A stretch of 64,000 nucleotides of DNA, from positions 521 through 64,520 of the forward strand of contig JAIEDA010000009.1 of the NCBI GenBank assembly GCA_029068165.1. Direction: 5' to 3'. This document shows, piece by piece, positions 36,930-47,038 of this stretch. Under the pieces are notes generated by a model, which saw nothing but the letters and a program-made list of their open reading frames with translations, searched no databases and had not been told where the DNA came from. A program made the translations under genes and the position numbers. This stretch comes from Clostridia bacterium (GTDB lineage: Bacteria; Bacillota; Clostridia; Christensenellales; UBA3700). Each line of letters opens with the position of its first letter. Position 1 is the stretch's first letter.

Positions 36930-37652
36930 TTGATTCGTTTTGACGGGGGTGGCGATATCCTAAACCATTTAATTAAAGGCGAAGGCGCCGATATAATTTT
37001 TTTGCACGGTTGGGGCGGAAGCATAGCAAGTTTTAAGGGCGCATTTGACGTTTTTTCTCAAAAATACCGTTGCGCGATTCTTGATTTTTACGGATTTGGC
37101 GAAAGCGAGCTTCCGCGCGTACTTACTTTGGACGACTACGCCAATGCGGTTGAAGAGATAATTGAATATTATCAAATGAAAGACGTCGTTCTTGTCGGAC
37201 ACTCTTTCGGCGGTCGTGTAGCTATGCTTTTAGCGGCGCGTACGGATAATATTAAGAGCATAGTTTTGGTTGATAGCGCAGGGTTGCGACCTAGGTTTTC
37301 CATTAAGAAAAGTATACGAAAACTGACCTATAAGCTAAAAAAGTCGTTGAAAATGGATACGTCAAAATGCGGTTCGCCCGACTATAGGGCGCTTAGCGGC
37401 GATATGCGCGAAACGTTTAAAAACGTAGTGAATTTTTATCTTGACGACTATTTGAAAGATATAAAATGCGATTGTTTGATCGTATGGGGTAAAAAAGATA
37501 AAGATACGCCGCCGTATATGGCAAGGCGGTTGAAGCGCGGCATATATAATAGTGGGCTTATTTTTTTGCAAGGAGGGCATTATAGTTATATCGATTGCTA
37601 TAAAAGTTTTTTGGCGATTTTAGATAGCTATTTCAACAGCGTATGCAAATAG
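36930..37652 (+). CDS. alpha/beta hydrolase
   Basis: IIFLHGWGGS, the nucleophile elbow GHSFGG, and a late GGH. TTG start. The 3' end overlaps murF by 10 nt. Confidence 0.75.
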   Translation: MIRFDGGGDILNHLIKGEGADIIFLHGWGGSIASFKGAFDVFSQKYRCAILDFYGFGESELPRVLTLDDYANAVEEIIEYYQMKDVVLVGHSFGGRVAMLLAARTDNIKSIVLVDSAGLRPRFSIKKSIRKLTYKLKKSLKMDTSKCGSPDYRALSGDMRETFKNVVNFYLDDYLKDIKCDCLIVWGKKDKDTPPYMARRLKRGIYNSGLIFLQGGHYSYIDCYKSFLAILDSYFNSVCK

Positions 37653-39259
37653 GCGTAATAGTTGCGACAACTGTAGTTTTTTGGATTTTAGCGGTAGTGA
37701 TGTCGCTTAGAATAGCAAACTTAGTTCAGCTTGAGGGGTATCGAGTAGTAAATTCCCGCAAAATGCGGAGTATTAAGTGCAAACTCATTGGTTCGGCGGT
37801 GTGTATCACCCTTTGCAACGGCATATTTTCATTTATCGCGGTATCGATAGGAAGTTTTTACGTGCAGTTGGTGGTGCAGGGACTGTACGTAATTGTATTA
37901 TTGGTAAGTTTGACCGACGAACGCGACAAATGCTTGCATCAACCATTGATATATACTGCGAGGGCGAAGCGACTGCTCGTCACCTATTCGATTATCACAC
38001 TTTTGCTTTTGGCGGTAGTCGTAATTGTCGGAAGCGTAATTAAAATCAAAGGCGTAGGGCTGAGCTTTGTACTAGTGCCGCTTATTTTTGCATTGCTACC
38101 TGCGATAATGAGATTTGCAATATACGCAAACAAGCCTTTGGAGAAGAGTATTGCGAGCAAGTTTATAGAAAAATGTACCGACGAGTTGAATAAACGAAGA
38201 GATTTGATGAAGATAGGCATAACGGGAAGCTTTGGCAAGACGACCGTCAAAAATATTTTGACTACGATTTTGAACCAAAAATACAAGGCGTACTGTACTC
38301 CCAGCAACTTCAATACGCCGCTAGGTATATGCAGGGCGGTAAACGACCTTCCTGACGAATGCGAAGTTTTCATCGCCGAAATGGGCGCAAGACGCGTAGG
38401 CGATATAAGCGAACTTTGCGATATCGTCAAGCCGACTTACGGAATGATAACAGGCGTAGGCTCTCAGCATCTAGGTACTTTCAAAAGCGTTGAAAACATT
38501 TATTCGACGAAAAAGGAGCTCTCTGATTACGTGGAAAAAGTCGGCGGCGCAGTAGTGTATTCGGGTGAAAATGAACTTTCGCTCAAAATGTACGAGGAAA
38601 GTAATAGTTTAAATAGAATCGCTATATCAGTCGATAGATTCTTGAGCTCCAAAAACAACGCTGAAAATATAAGTATTAGCGAGATAGAATGCGACAGCAA
38701 AGGTTTGAGATTTCTCTTAAGTATAGGCGATAAAAGCGTTCGCTGTAATAGCGCTTTAATAGGCAAGCACAATTTGAACAATATTTTATTGTGCGTCGCA
38801 ATGGCGCGCGAACTTGGATTGAACATTGTTCAAATAGCTGATGGCATAGGCAACGTGACTCCCATTGAGCATAGGCTTCAAACTATAGAGCTGCCTACGG
38901 GCATAACTATTATAGACGACAGTTACAACTCCAATGAAGAGGGGGCGAAACTCGCTTTAGAAGCGTTAAAACTCTTTAAAGGCAGGAAAATAGTGGCTAC
39001 GCAAGGCTTGGTTGAGATGGGCGCTAAGCAAGAAAAAGTCAATTTCGAGCTGGGCGAAAGTATAGCTAACGTTGCGGATATAGCCATATTAATAGGAATA
39101 AATAGAGAAAATATTAGGCTAGGAATGTTGGCTGAAAGCTTTTGCGACAAGAATATTTATCTAGTAGAGCATTTAGACAACGCTAAAGACTTGTTCTCGG
39201 CAATGTTGGTCAGGGGCGACGTGCTATTGCTCCAAAACGACTTGCCCGACAATTATTGA
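37643..39259 (+). CDS. murF: UDP-MurNAc-tripeptide--D-Ala-D-Ala ligase (MurF-like) with polytopic membrane N-terminus
   Basis: Mur ligase P-loop GITGSFGKTT sits at ~residue 194. The C-terminal part has IEHRLQ...IIDDSYNSN...ATQGLVEMG. The first ~165 aa are five hydrophobic segments. ddl follows. Confidence 0.8.
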   Translation: MQIGVIVATTVVFWILAVVMSLRIANLVQLEGYRVVNSRKMRSIKCKLIGSAVCITLCNGIFSFIAVSIGSFYVQLVVQGLYVIVLLVSLTDERDKCLHQPLIYTARAKRLLVTYSIITLLLLAVVVIVGSVIKIKGVGLSFVLVPLIFALLPAIMRFAIYANKPLEKSIASKFIEKCTDELNKRRDLMKIGITGSFGKTTVKNILTTILNQKYKAYCTPSNFNTPLGICRAVNDLPDECEVFIAEMGARRVGDISELCDIVKPTYGMITGVGSQHLGTFKSVENIYSTKKELSDYVEKVGGAVVYSGENELSLKMYEESNSLNRIAISVDRFLSSKNNAENISISEIECDSKGLRFLLSIGDKSVRCNSALIGKHNLNNILLCVAMARELGLNIVQIADGIGNVTPIEHRLQTIELPTGITIIDDSYNSNEEGAKLALEALKLFKGRKIVATQGLVEMGAKQEKVNFELGESIANVADIAILIGINRENIRLGMLAESFCDKNIYLVEHLDNAKDLFSAMLVRGDVLLLQNDLPDNY

Positions 39260-39270
39260 ACATCGTTCAA
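39256..39270. promoter_or_regulatory. 15-bp palindrome TTGAAC-ATC-GTTCAA (candidate operator)
   Basis: Overlaps the murF stop codon, 70 nt upstream of ddl. The half-site CATCGTTCA is repeated at 39284-39292. Confidence 0.35.
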
Positions 39271-39339
39271 TATAAGATTAAATCATCGTTCAGTAATTTT
39301 GCCATATAACGGCGAAGCGTATAACGGAGGTATAAATAA

Positions 39340-40479
39340 TTGAAAAATTTGGCAGTATTTTACGGCGGCAATTCGTGCGAAAAAGACATATCTATTATTA
39401 CCGCATTGCAAGCGATGGACGCGGCGGATAAGACGAAATATAAGATTTATCCGATCTATTTTACCGACTGTTTCATTCTTCCCGATGAGTATAACAAGGT
39501 CGAAACGTACGCAAAGGCTACGCCTCCAAACGGTAAGCGTCTAGTCCTAAACGGGAGAGAACTCTATGCCGTCAAAAAATCCAAATTAAAAAAGTTGGCG
39601 GATATTGACTGCGCTCTTTTGTGCGCGCACGGCGGCTGCGGAGAAAACGGAGCGTTGCAGGGTTTTTTGGAGATACATAATATACCGTATACTTCGCCCG
39701 GGGTATTGGCAAGCGCCGTGGGAATGGATAAGGCTGTTTGCAAGATGATTTGTAGGCGGCTGTCTTTGCCCGTGCTTCCTTACGGAACTATTTATGAAGG
39801 GGAGAGCGAGAGCGCGCTTGCGAAAATTGTGGCAAGAATAGGCTTTCCTATGATAGTCAAGCCCGCAAAGCAAGGTTCTTCAATAGGAATATCTATTTGT
39901 AAAGACGACGCGGAGCTTGAGGAAAATCTCAAAGTTGCGTTCAACTACGACAAAAAAGTGGTTATCGAGAAGGCTTTGACAAACTTCAAGGAAATAAACT
40001 GCGCTTGCGTTAAAATCAAAGACAAGATTTATCCGTCTACGCTTGAAGAGCCGGTAGGCTGGCAAGACTTTTTGACGTTTGAAGATAAGTATATGTCCAA
40101 CTGCGGAAAGATAACCAAAGCTTCGGCTAAGAGGATATATCCCGCCAAGCTGAGCGAAAACGATACCGCGAAAATTCAGTTTATGACGTCTAAACTATAT
40201 AGCGCGTTGGAATGTAAAGGTATAGTACGTTGCGACTTTTTGCTGGACAGCGATAGCGGAGAAGTCTATCTCAACGAGATAAATACCGTACCCGGGTCAT
40301 TGGCGGGTTATTTGTACGAGGATAGAGATATCAAACTAAAGGATATTATCGATATAGTAGTCGACGAAGCGATAAAAGACGCTAGAGAGAACAAATCTTT
40401 CGTGTATTCGTCCAAAGTATTGCAATATTATGCTAAAAATAATGCAAACGCTTGCAAAACCTCATTGAAAACCGTATAA
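39340..40479 (+). CDS. ddl: D-alanine--D-alanine ligase
   Basis: LAVFYGGNSCEKDISI, ALLCAHGGCGENGALQG, IVKPAKQGSSIGI and EINTVPG. TTG start. Confidence 0.9.
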   Translation: MKNLAVFYGGNSCEKDISIITALQAMDAADKTKYKIYPIYFTDCFILPDEYNKVETYAKATPPNGKRLVLNGRELYAVKKSKLKKLADIDCALLCAHGGCGENGALQGFLEIHNIPYTSPGVLASAVGMDKAVCKMICRRLSLPVLPYGTIYEGESESALAKIVARIGFPMIVKPAKQGSSIGISICKDDAELEENLKVAFNYDKKVVIEKALTNFKEINCACVKIKDKIYPSTLEEPVGWQDFLTFEDKYMSNCGKITKASAKRIYPAKLSENDTAKIQFMTSKLYSALECKGIVRCDFLLDSDSGEVYLNEINTVPGSLAGYLYEDRDIKLKDIIDIVVDEAIKDARENKSFVYSSKVLQYYAKNNANACKTSLKTV

Positions 40480-40590
40480 TTAAAAAAGAATTTTCGCGGC
40501 TTGCTTAAGCGCGCTGGCGGCATACTCGAGTTTGAGATCGAACGCTTTGCGCCTAAAAGCTTGAGCGAAGTAATTTTTGGAGAGTACGGT

Positions 40591-41790
40591 ATGAAAAAAA
40601 TCAAGATGACGACCCCGATAGTAGAGCTTGACGGCGACGAAATGACGAGAATGATATGGCAATGGATAAAGGATATTCTCATCTTGCCGAAAGTAGATTT
40701 GAAGAGCGAGTATTACGATCTCGGACTCGTCAACAGGGAAAAAACCGCCGATAAGGTCACCGTTGATTCGGCTAACGCTATCAAAAAGTACGGCGTAGGC
40801 GTAAAATGCGCTACGATTACTCCCAACGCGCAAAGAGTTAAAGAGTATTCTCTCTCGCAAATGTGGAAAAGCCCCAACGGCACGGTTAGAGCGATACTCG
40901 ACGGCACTGTCTTTAGAGCGCCTATTATGGTCAACGGTATCACGCCGTATATTCCCACTTGGACGCAGCCTATCACGATTGCCCGTCACGCGTACGGCGA
41001 CATCTATAAGGACGTAGAAGGTTACGTTAAGCAGGGCGGAAAGGCGAAACTCGTGCTTGAAGATAGCGACGGAATTAGGGAAATCGAAGTGTTCGACTTT
41101 TCCAAGACGAGCGGGGTAGTGATGGGTATGCACAACACCGACAAGAGTATATCGTCTTTTGCAAGAAGCTGTTTCAACTACGCTCTCGATACCCGTCAAT
41201 CGCTGTGGTTTGCGACGAAAGACACCATTTCAAAGACGTACGACCATAGATTTAAGGATATTTTCCAAGAGATTTACGAGCAGGAATATAAGCAAAAGTT
41301 TGAAGAAGCGGGCATAGAATATTTCTATACGTTGATAGACGACGCGGTCGCAAGGGTAGTGAGATCCAACGGCGGTATGATTTGGGCGTGCAAGAACTAT
41401 GACGGCGACGTAATGAGCGATATGGTCGCAACGGCTTTCGGTTCACTTGCGATGATGACGTCGGTACTCGTTTCGCCCGACGGCAACTACGAGTATGAAG
41501 CCGCTCACGGAACGGTTACAAGACACTATTACAAATATTTGAAAGGGGAAGAAACTTCTACCAACCCCGTAGCAACTATCTACGCTTGGAGCGGCGGACT
41601 TAGGAAGAGAGGTCAGTTGGACGGAAATAGCGAGCTTGTAGACTTTGCCGATAAGCTTGAAAAAGCCACTGTTGACACGATTGAGAGCGGGTATATGACC
41701 GGAGATCTCGCCGCTATTTACAAGGGCGAAGCTAAAGTAGTCAAACTCAATACCGTAGATTTCTTGAAGAAAATCGCCGAGCGTATATAG
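40591..41790 (+). CDS. icd: NADP-dependent isocitrate dehydrogenase (eukaryote-like, ~400 aa type)
   Basis: [42 protein letters not shown] and [17 protein letters not shown] before ATG 40591. The track start at 40501 is an upstream extension. Confidence 0.9.
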   Translation: MKKIKMTTPIVELDGDEMTRMIWQWIKDILILPKVDLKSEYYDLGLVNREKTADKVTVDSANAIKKYGVGVKCATITPNAQRVKEYSLSQMWKSPNGTVRAILDGTVFRAPIMVNGITPYIPTWTQPITIARHAYGDIYKDVEGYVKQGGKAKLVLEDSDGIREIEVFDFSKTSGVVMGMHNTDKSISSFARSCFNYALDTRQSLWFATKDTISKTYDHRFKDIFQEIYEQEYKQKFEEAGIEYFYTLIDDAVARVVRSNGGMIWACKNYDGDVMSDMVATAFGSLAMMTSVLVSPDGNYEYEAAHGTVTRHYYKYLKGEETSTNPVATIYAWSGGLRKRGQLDGNSELVDFADKLEKATVDTIESGYMTGDLAAIYKGEAKVVKLNTVDFLKKIAERI

Positions 41791-41966
41791 CCGAGCGCGT
41801 ATAACGGTATAAATTTAATAATTTCATTGTTTTACTAAATGTAAAATACTGATACTAATTGAACGAAAGCTGGCGGCAAATTACGAAAGTTTTGCCGATA
41901 AAATCCTAAAACTTAAAAGGGTAGAGAGTAACAAGTTTTAATTAGATAAAGCGAATACAAGGATTA

Positions 41967-42006
41967 AAGACCGCAGTTGGGGAAGCCCTGCTTGCGGTCT
42001 TTTTTA
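41967..42006 (+). terminator. rho-independent terminator about 180 nt after icd
   Basis: aagaccgca-gttggggaagccctgct-tgcggtctt followed by TTTTT. Confidence 0.7.
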
Positions 42007-42289
42007 TCTAAATCAGTAGGGGAAATACGTTTATTTCTACGTCTTATAATTCATTATTTCAGGCTTGATTAAGCATTTAGTTTTTTCGTTTGGCGCGACA
42101 AACGGAACGCGTTGACAACTTGCCGGTTTTTTACTATCCTACGGCTCATAGTCGTTTGCTAATTCACGCTGCTTGACACTACCGTTTTAGTCCTATTTTG
42201 TCCATAAAAATTTGATAAAGTCGACGAAGTAGACGAAAAAATTCTCGAGAGAAATCGACACAAATCGACAAAATTTCAATCTTCGCAGG

Positions 42290-42375
42290 TGTGGATAACC
42301 TTTGTTTATTGTGGATAACTATGTGGATAACCCCTTAAAAAGTCGATATTTAGGCGGTTTTGGGGGTGTGGATAA
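42290..42375 (-). promoter_or_regulatory. cluster of four perfect DnaA boxes (TTATCCACA)
   Basis: TGTGGATAA occurs on the + strand at 42290-42298, 42310-42318, 42322-42330 and 42367-42375. All four share one orientation, inside a 755-bp ORF-free gap. Confidence 0.85.
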
Positions 42376-42468
42376 CTTTTTGACGAGAAAAAACCGTTCC
42401 GTCTATATTTTTCAAAAGGTGAATGAAAAAAGACGTAAAAAATGCAGGGAATTATCGTGGGAAAATCC

Positions 42469-42498
42469 TTGCATTTGATATTTTAAGTATGATAATAT
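42469..42498 (+). promoter_or_regulatory. candidate sigma-A promoter of the pur operon
   Basis: TTGCAT, 18-nt spacer, TAATAT, inside a very AT-rich tract about 50 nt upstream of purE. Confidence 0.3.
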
Positions 42499-42545
42499 AT
42501 TTATATAATTTATTATATTTATTTTATTCAAGGAGAATTTTGAAT

Positions 42546-43037
42546 ATGCCAAAAGTTGCAATCGTAATGGGAAGCGTAAGCGATCTCGACGTAGTAAAAC
42601 CCGCAATAGACGTACTGAAGAAATTTGACGTTGAAGTCGAAGCAAGAGTAATATCCGCTCACCGCACTCCACAGCTAGCTCACGACTTTGCCAACGGCGC
42701 TGTCGATAGCAATATCGAAGTGATAATTTGCGCGGCGGGCAAGGCGGCGCATTTAGGCGGAGTTATCGCGGCTTACACGCCGCTGCCGGTCATAGGACTT
42801 CCGGTGAAGAGTTCTACTATGGACGGACTGGATTCGCTGCTATCTATGGTTCAAATGCCGTCGGGCATACCTGTCGCTTGCGTAGCGATAAACGGCGGAC
42901 TCAACGCGGGACTGTTGGCTATTCAAATACTTTCGATAAAGTATCCAAACCTAATGAAAAAAATGCAAGATTACAAAATCAATATGGCAGAAAAAATTAA
43001 AAGCGACGACGAAAAATTACAAAAGGAGTTAAATTGA
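42546..43037 (+). CDS. purE: 5-(carboxyamino)imidazole ribonucleotide mutase
   Basis: [16 protein letters not shown]...ISAHRTP...[20 protein letters not shown]. The track start at 42423 is an upstream extension. Confidence 0.93.
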   Translation: MPKVAIVMGSVSDLDVVKPAIDVLKKFDVEVEARVISAHRTPQLAHDFANGAVDSNIEVIICAAGKAAHLGGVIAAYTPLPVIGLPVKSSTMDGLDSLLSMVQMPSGIPVACVAINGGLNAGLLAIQILSIKYPNLMKKMQDYKINMAEKIKSDDEKLQKELN

Positions 43038-43750
43038 AAATGGAAAAGACCGTTCAACTTTATGAAGGCAAAGCAAAGAGAGTTTACGCAACCACCGACG
43101 AAGACGTAGTTTTGGTATCTTACAAAGACGACGCAACCGCATTCAACGGACTGAAGAAGGGGACTATTCTCGGCAAAGGCGTAGTAAACAACGTATGCAG
43201 CAACTTTATGTTCCAACTTTTGGAAAAGAAGGGAATCCCCACTCACTACGTAAAGGAAATCAACGAGAGAGAAACGTATGTAAAGAAAGTTGAGATAGTA
43301 CCGCTTGAGGTTATCATTCGTAACAAAGCGGCAGGTTCTTTTTCCAAGAGATACGGCGTGCCGGAGGGTACTGAGCTTGCTACTACGGTTATTGAGTTCA
43401 GCTACAAAAACGACGACCTCGGCGATCCGCTAATCAACGATTATCACGCTTTGGCGCTCAAGCTCGCTACTAAGGAAGAGATCGAAAAGATCAAGACTTT
43501 GGCATTCAAGGTCAACGACTTTATGAAATCGTACTTTGCCGAAATAGGCGTTGAGCTTATCGACTTCAAACTCGAGTTTGGAAGATTTAAGGGCGATATA
43601 ATACTTGCCGACGAGATTTCTCCCGATACTTGCCGTTTTTGGGACGCAAAGACGGGCGAGAAACTCGACAAAGACAGATTTAGAAGAGATATGGACGACG
43701 TAGACAAGGGCTACAGAGAAATGATGAAGAGAATGGGTATTTCCAAGTAA
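43034..43750 (+). CDS. purC: SAICAR synthetase
   Basis: [10 protein letters not shown]...[12 protein letters not shown]...DTCRFWD. The start is TTG 43034 or ATG 43040. Confidence 0.93.
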   Translation: MKMEKTVQLYEGKAKRVYATTDEDVVLVSYKDDATAFNGLKKGTILGKGVVNNVCSNFMFQLLEKKGIPTHYVKEINERETYVKKVEIVPLEVIIRNKAAGSFSKRYGVPEGTELATTVIEFSYKNDDLGDPLINDYHALALKLATKEEIEKIKTLAFKVNDFMKSYFAEIGVELIDFKLEFGRFKGDIILADEISPDTCRFWDAKTGEKLDKDRFRRDMDDVDKGYREMMKRMGISK

Positions 43751-43775
43751 ACCGCTAAGAAATAGGAGAATAGAT

Positions 43776-44795
43776 ATGGCAATAGATTACAAGTCTGCCG
43801 GAGTAGACGTAGAGGCAGGATATAAAGCAGTCAAGTTGATGAAAGAATACGTCAAGACAACTTACAACGAGAGCGTACTCGGCGATTTGGGAAGTTTCGG
43901 CGGATTTTACGCGCTCGGCGACAAAGAGGACAGCGACTGTTTGGTCGCCGGTACCGACGGCGTTGGCACAAAGCTCAAATACGCTTTCGTATTGGACAAG
44001 CACGACACGATAGGCATTGACGCGGTGGCGATGTGCGTAAACGACATAGTTTGTCAGGGCGCAAAACCGCTACTGTTTTTGGACTATATTGCGCTTTCCA
44101 AGTTGGTTCCTGAAAAGGTAGCCGAGATAGTCAAAGGCGTGAGCGAAGGCTGCCGTCAATCGGGGTGCGCGCTTATCGGCGGCGAAACTGCGGAAATGCC
44201 GGGTTTTTACGCTAAAGACGAGTACGACATAGCAGGTTTTGCGGTAGGTATCGTCAAGAAAAACAAGATTATCAACGGCAAAAACATAAAGGTAGGCGAT
44301 TCGCTTATCGGTATCGCGTCGAGCGGCATACACAGCAACGGCTATTCCTTGGTAAGAAAACTCTTTGGCGAGAACGAGGAAGAACTCAATAAGTACAACG
44401 CTACTTTGGGTTGCACTCCCGCCGAACTCGTACTCACCCCGACGAAAATTTACGTAAAGACGATTTTGGCTTTGATAGAGAAGTTCCCAATTAAGGGTAT
44501 CGCTCATATCACCGGCGGCGGCTTTATTGAAAACGTGCCTAGAATTATTCCTGCGGGTATGGGCGTAAAAATCGACAGGACCAGCTATCCGCTTCCCAAG
44601 ATATTCAAAGCATTGCAAGAGATTGCGGGAATTGACGACCGCAAGATGTGCAATACGTTCAATATGGGTATCGGTATGGTACTTGCGGTAGATAAGTCTA
44701 TCGAAAAAGACGTTGTAAAAGCGCTTAAGGAATTGGGCGAAGAAGCTTACGTAATCGGTGAAGTTACCGACAAAGCAGGCGAGGTTGAGCTATAA
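43776..44795 (+). CDS. purM: AIR synthetase
   Basis: [19 protein letters not shown] and DYIA motifs. Confidence 0.94.
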   Translation: MAIDYKSAGVDVEAGYKAVKLMKEYVKTTYNESVLGDLGSFGGFYALGDKEDSDCLVAGTDGVGTKLKYAFVLDKHDTIGIDAVAMCVNDIVCQGAKPLLFLDYIALSKLVPEKVAEIVKGVSEGCRQSGCALIGGETAEMPGFYAKDEYDIAGFAVGIVKKNKIINGKNIKVGDSLIGIASSGIHSNGYSLVRKLFGENEEELNKYNATLGCTPAELVLTPTKIYVKTILALIEKFPIKGIAHITGGGFIENVPRIIPAGMGVKIDRTSYPLPKIFKALQEIAGIDDRKMCNTFNMGIGMVLAVDKSIEKDVVKALKELGEEAYVIGEVTDKAGEVEL

Positions 44796-44796
44796 A

Positions 44797-45387
44797 ATGA
44801 AAAAGAAAATAGCTATTTTCGCTTCGGGCAGCGGCAGCGATATGCAGTCCGTTGTCGACGGTACGCTTAGCGGAGCAATCAACGGTAAAGTCGTTGCGCT
44901 CGTCACAAACAAGTCGGGAATTTTTGCAATACAAAGAGCGGAAAAACACGGCATAGAATACAAGACTTTTACGCTCGGCGATTATCAAAACGAAATCGAG
45001 CGAGATAAGGCTATCATTGAGTACCTCAAACCTCTTGGCGTGGATTTGATAGTGCTTGCCGGTTATCTTGCAATAGTGACGCCCGTCTTGGTCGACGAGT
45101 ATCAAGGCAGGATAATCAACATTCACCCCTCGCTCATCCCCAAACATTCAGGCAAGGGTATGTACGGACTGAGGGTACACAAATCAGTGCTTGAAAGCGG
45201 AGATAATGTCAGCGGCTGCACCGTGCATTTCGTGGACTACGGAGCGGACACGGGCGAGATAATTGCTCAGGAGCAAGTGGAAGTAAAAAGCGGCGACACG
45301 CCCGAGAGTTTGCAGGCGAGAGTACTTGAAGTTGAGCATAGGCTTTTGCCGAGCGTAGTCGCAAAGCTGTGTCAAGACGGCAAATAA
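44797..45387 (+). CDS. purN: GAR formyltransferase
   Basis: [27 protein letters not shown] and [11 protein letters not shown] 44797 comes immediately after the purM stop. Confidence 0.92.
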   Translation: MKKKIAIFASGSGSDMQSVVDGTLSGAINGKVVALVTNKSGIFAIQRAEKHGIEYKTFTLGDYQNEIERDKAIIEYLKPLGVDLIVLAGYLAIVTPVLVDEYQGRIINIHPSLIPKHSGKGMYGLRVHKSVLESGDNVSGCTVHFVDYGADTGEIIAQEQVEVKSGDTPESLQARVLEVEHRLLPSVVAKLCQDGK

Positions 45388-45424
45388 ATCACAACGAAAA
45401 TATTTTAAGACAGGAGTATATACA

Positions 45425-46963
45425 ATGGCAAAGAAAGCGCTAATAAGCGTATCCGATAAGACGGGTATAGTTGATTTGGCAAAGAATTTAATCAAATTCG
45501 GTTATGAGATAATCTCGACGGGCGGCACTTTGAAAGCGCTCAACGAAGCGGGAGTAAAAGCGGTGGATATTTCCTCGGTTACGGGCTTTCCCGAGTGTTT
45601 GGACGGCAGGGTAAAGACTTTGCACCCAAAGGTTCACGCAGGACTGCTGGCTATGAGAGGCAACGAGGAACACATGAATTTCCTCAAGAGTATGAATATC
45701 GATCCGATAGATATTGTAGTCGTAAATCTTTATCCGTTTAAGGCTACCGTCAGCAAACCCAACGTGGATTTGCAAACGGCAATCGAGAATATAGATATTG
45801 GCGGACCTACTATGCTTAGAAGCGCCGCAAAGAATTATCAGGACGTTGCCGTTATGGTAGACCCGTCCGATTACGCTAAAGTTCTTGAAGAACTCAAAAA
45901 CGGCGGCATCACTAAAGAAACTAAGTTTTACCTTATGTACAAGGTATATCAACATACATCTTACTACGACACCCTCATCGCCAACTATTTAAGAGGCAAG
46001 TTGGGTATTCAATTCCCCGAGCAGTTTACAATGGCTTTCGATAAAGCGCAAGATATGAGATACGGCGAAAATCCGCACCAAAACGCAGTGTTCTACAAAG
46101 AAGCTTTCGACGTAGCGGGTTCGCTTGCCGTAGCCGAGCAGTTGCACGGTAAAGAGCTTTCCTATAACAATATAAACGATACCAACGGCGCGCTTGACCT
46201 TCTTAGAGAGTTCAGCGAACCTACCGTCGTAGCCGTTAAGCACGCAAATCCTTGCGGCGTGGCTACCGCTAAAACTATCAGCGAAGCTTTCTTTAAAGCC
46301 AACGCAGCCGATCCTACTTCTATATTCGGCGGTATAGTTGCTGCAAACCGGACTATCGACAAGGAAACGGCGGAGCAAATACACAAGATATTTATCGAAA
46401 TAGTAGTAGCTCCCGACTTCACCGAGGAAGCTTTGGCAATTCTTAAGCAAAAGGCGAATATCCGTCTTTTGAAATTGCCTACGATTATGAACGAAGTTCT
46501 GACAAGTTCTTTTGATATGAAAAAGGTCCTTGGCGGATTACTTGTGCAGGAGTTTGATAGAAAGGTTGTAGATTTTGACAAGTGCAAGACCGTTACGAAG
46601 AAGCAGCCTACTCAAACGCAAATGGACGATATGATTTTCGCTATGAAAGTCGTAAAGCATACCAAGTCCAACGCTATCGTAATCGCAAAGGACAAGACGA
46701 TACTCGGTATCGGCGGCGGTCAAGTAAATAGAATTAGAGCGACCAAGCAAGCTATCGAACATTCTTTGACGGATACCAACGGAGCAGTGTTGGCTTCGGA
46801 CGCGTTCTTCCCGTTCAACGATTGCGTGGAAGCCGCTAACGCAGGCGGTATCTCCGCTATCTTGCAACCGGGCGGCAGCGTGAGAGACCAAGAGTCTATC
46901 GACGCTTGCGATAAGTATGGGATTGCGATGGTATTTTCGGGGGATCGTCACTTTAAGCACTAA
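45425..46963 (+). CDS. purH: bifunctional AICAR formyltransferase / IMP cyclohydrolase
   Basis: [26 protein letters not shown]-terminal FRHFKH-like (DRHFKH). Confidence 0.95.
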   Translation: MAKKALISVSDKTGIVDLAKNLIKFGYEIISTGGTLKALNEAGVKAVDISSVTGFPECLDGRVKTLHPKVHAGLLAMRGNEEHMNFLKSMNIDPIDIVVVNLYPFKATVSKPNVDLQTAIENIDIGGPTMLRSAAKNYQDVAVMVDPSDYAKVLEELKNGGITKETKFYLMYKVYQHTSYYDTLIANYLRGKLGIQFPEQFTMAFDKAQDMRYGENPHQNAVFYKEAFDVAGSLAVAEQLHGKELSYNNINDTNGALDLLREFSEPTVVAVKHANPCGVATAKTISEAFFKANAADPTSIFGGIVAANRTIDKETAEQIHKIFIEIVVAPDFTEEALAILKQKANIRLLKLPTIMNEVLTSSFDMKKVLGGLLVQEFDRKVVDFDKCKTVTKKQPTQTQMDDMIFAMKVVKHTKSNAIVIAKDKTILGIGGGQVNRIRATKQAIEHSLTDTNGAVLASDAFFPFNDCVEAANAGGISAILQPGGSVRDQESIDACDKYGIAMVFSGDRHFKH

Positions 46964-47038
46964 TCAACTGCGGAAATATCTCATCAGTATAAAATCAAAA
47001 ATTCAAAATCGCAATAAGCGAGTAAAACAGGAGAAAAA

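Noticed and set aside
41791-42545. Idea that the DnaA-box cluster plus AT-rich tract is the chromosomal replication origin.
   Set aside because: No dnaA or dnaN gene is adjacent, and genes on both flanks are co-directional (+). A Firmicute origin should show a strand switch. I kept it as a secondary DnaA-box cluster. Only GC skew or marker frequency can settle this.
42380-42545. Looked for a purine (guanine/adenine) riboswitch or other known leader upstream of purE.
   Set aside because: I could not find the conserved purine-riboswitch core (the TATA...CGCGTGGATATGGCACGCA...CCGTAAAT type) by eye. Only an AT-rich promoter-like tract is present.
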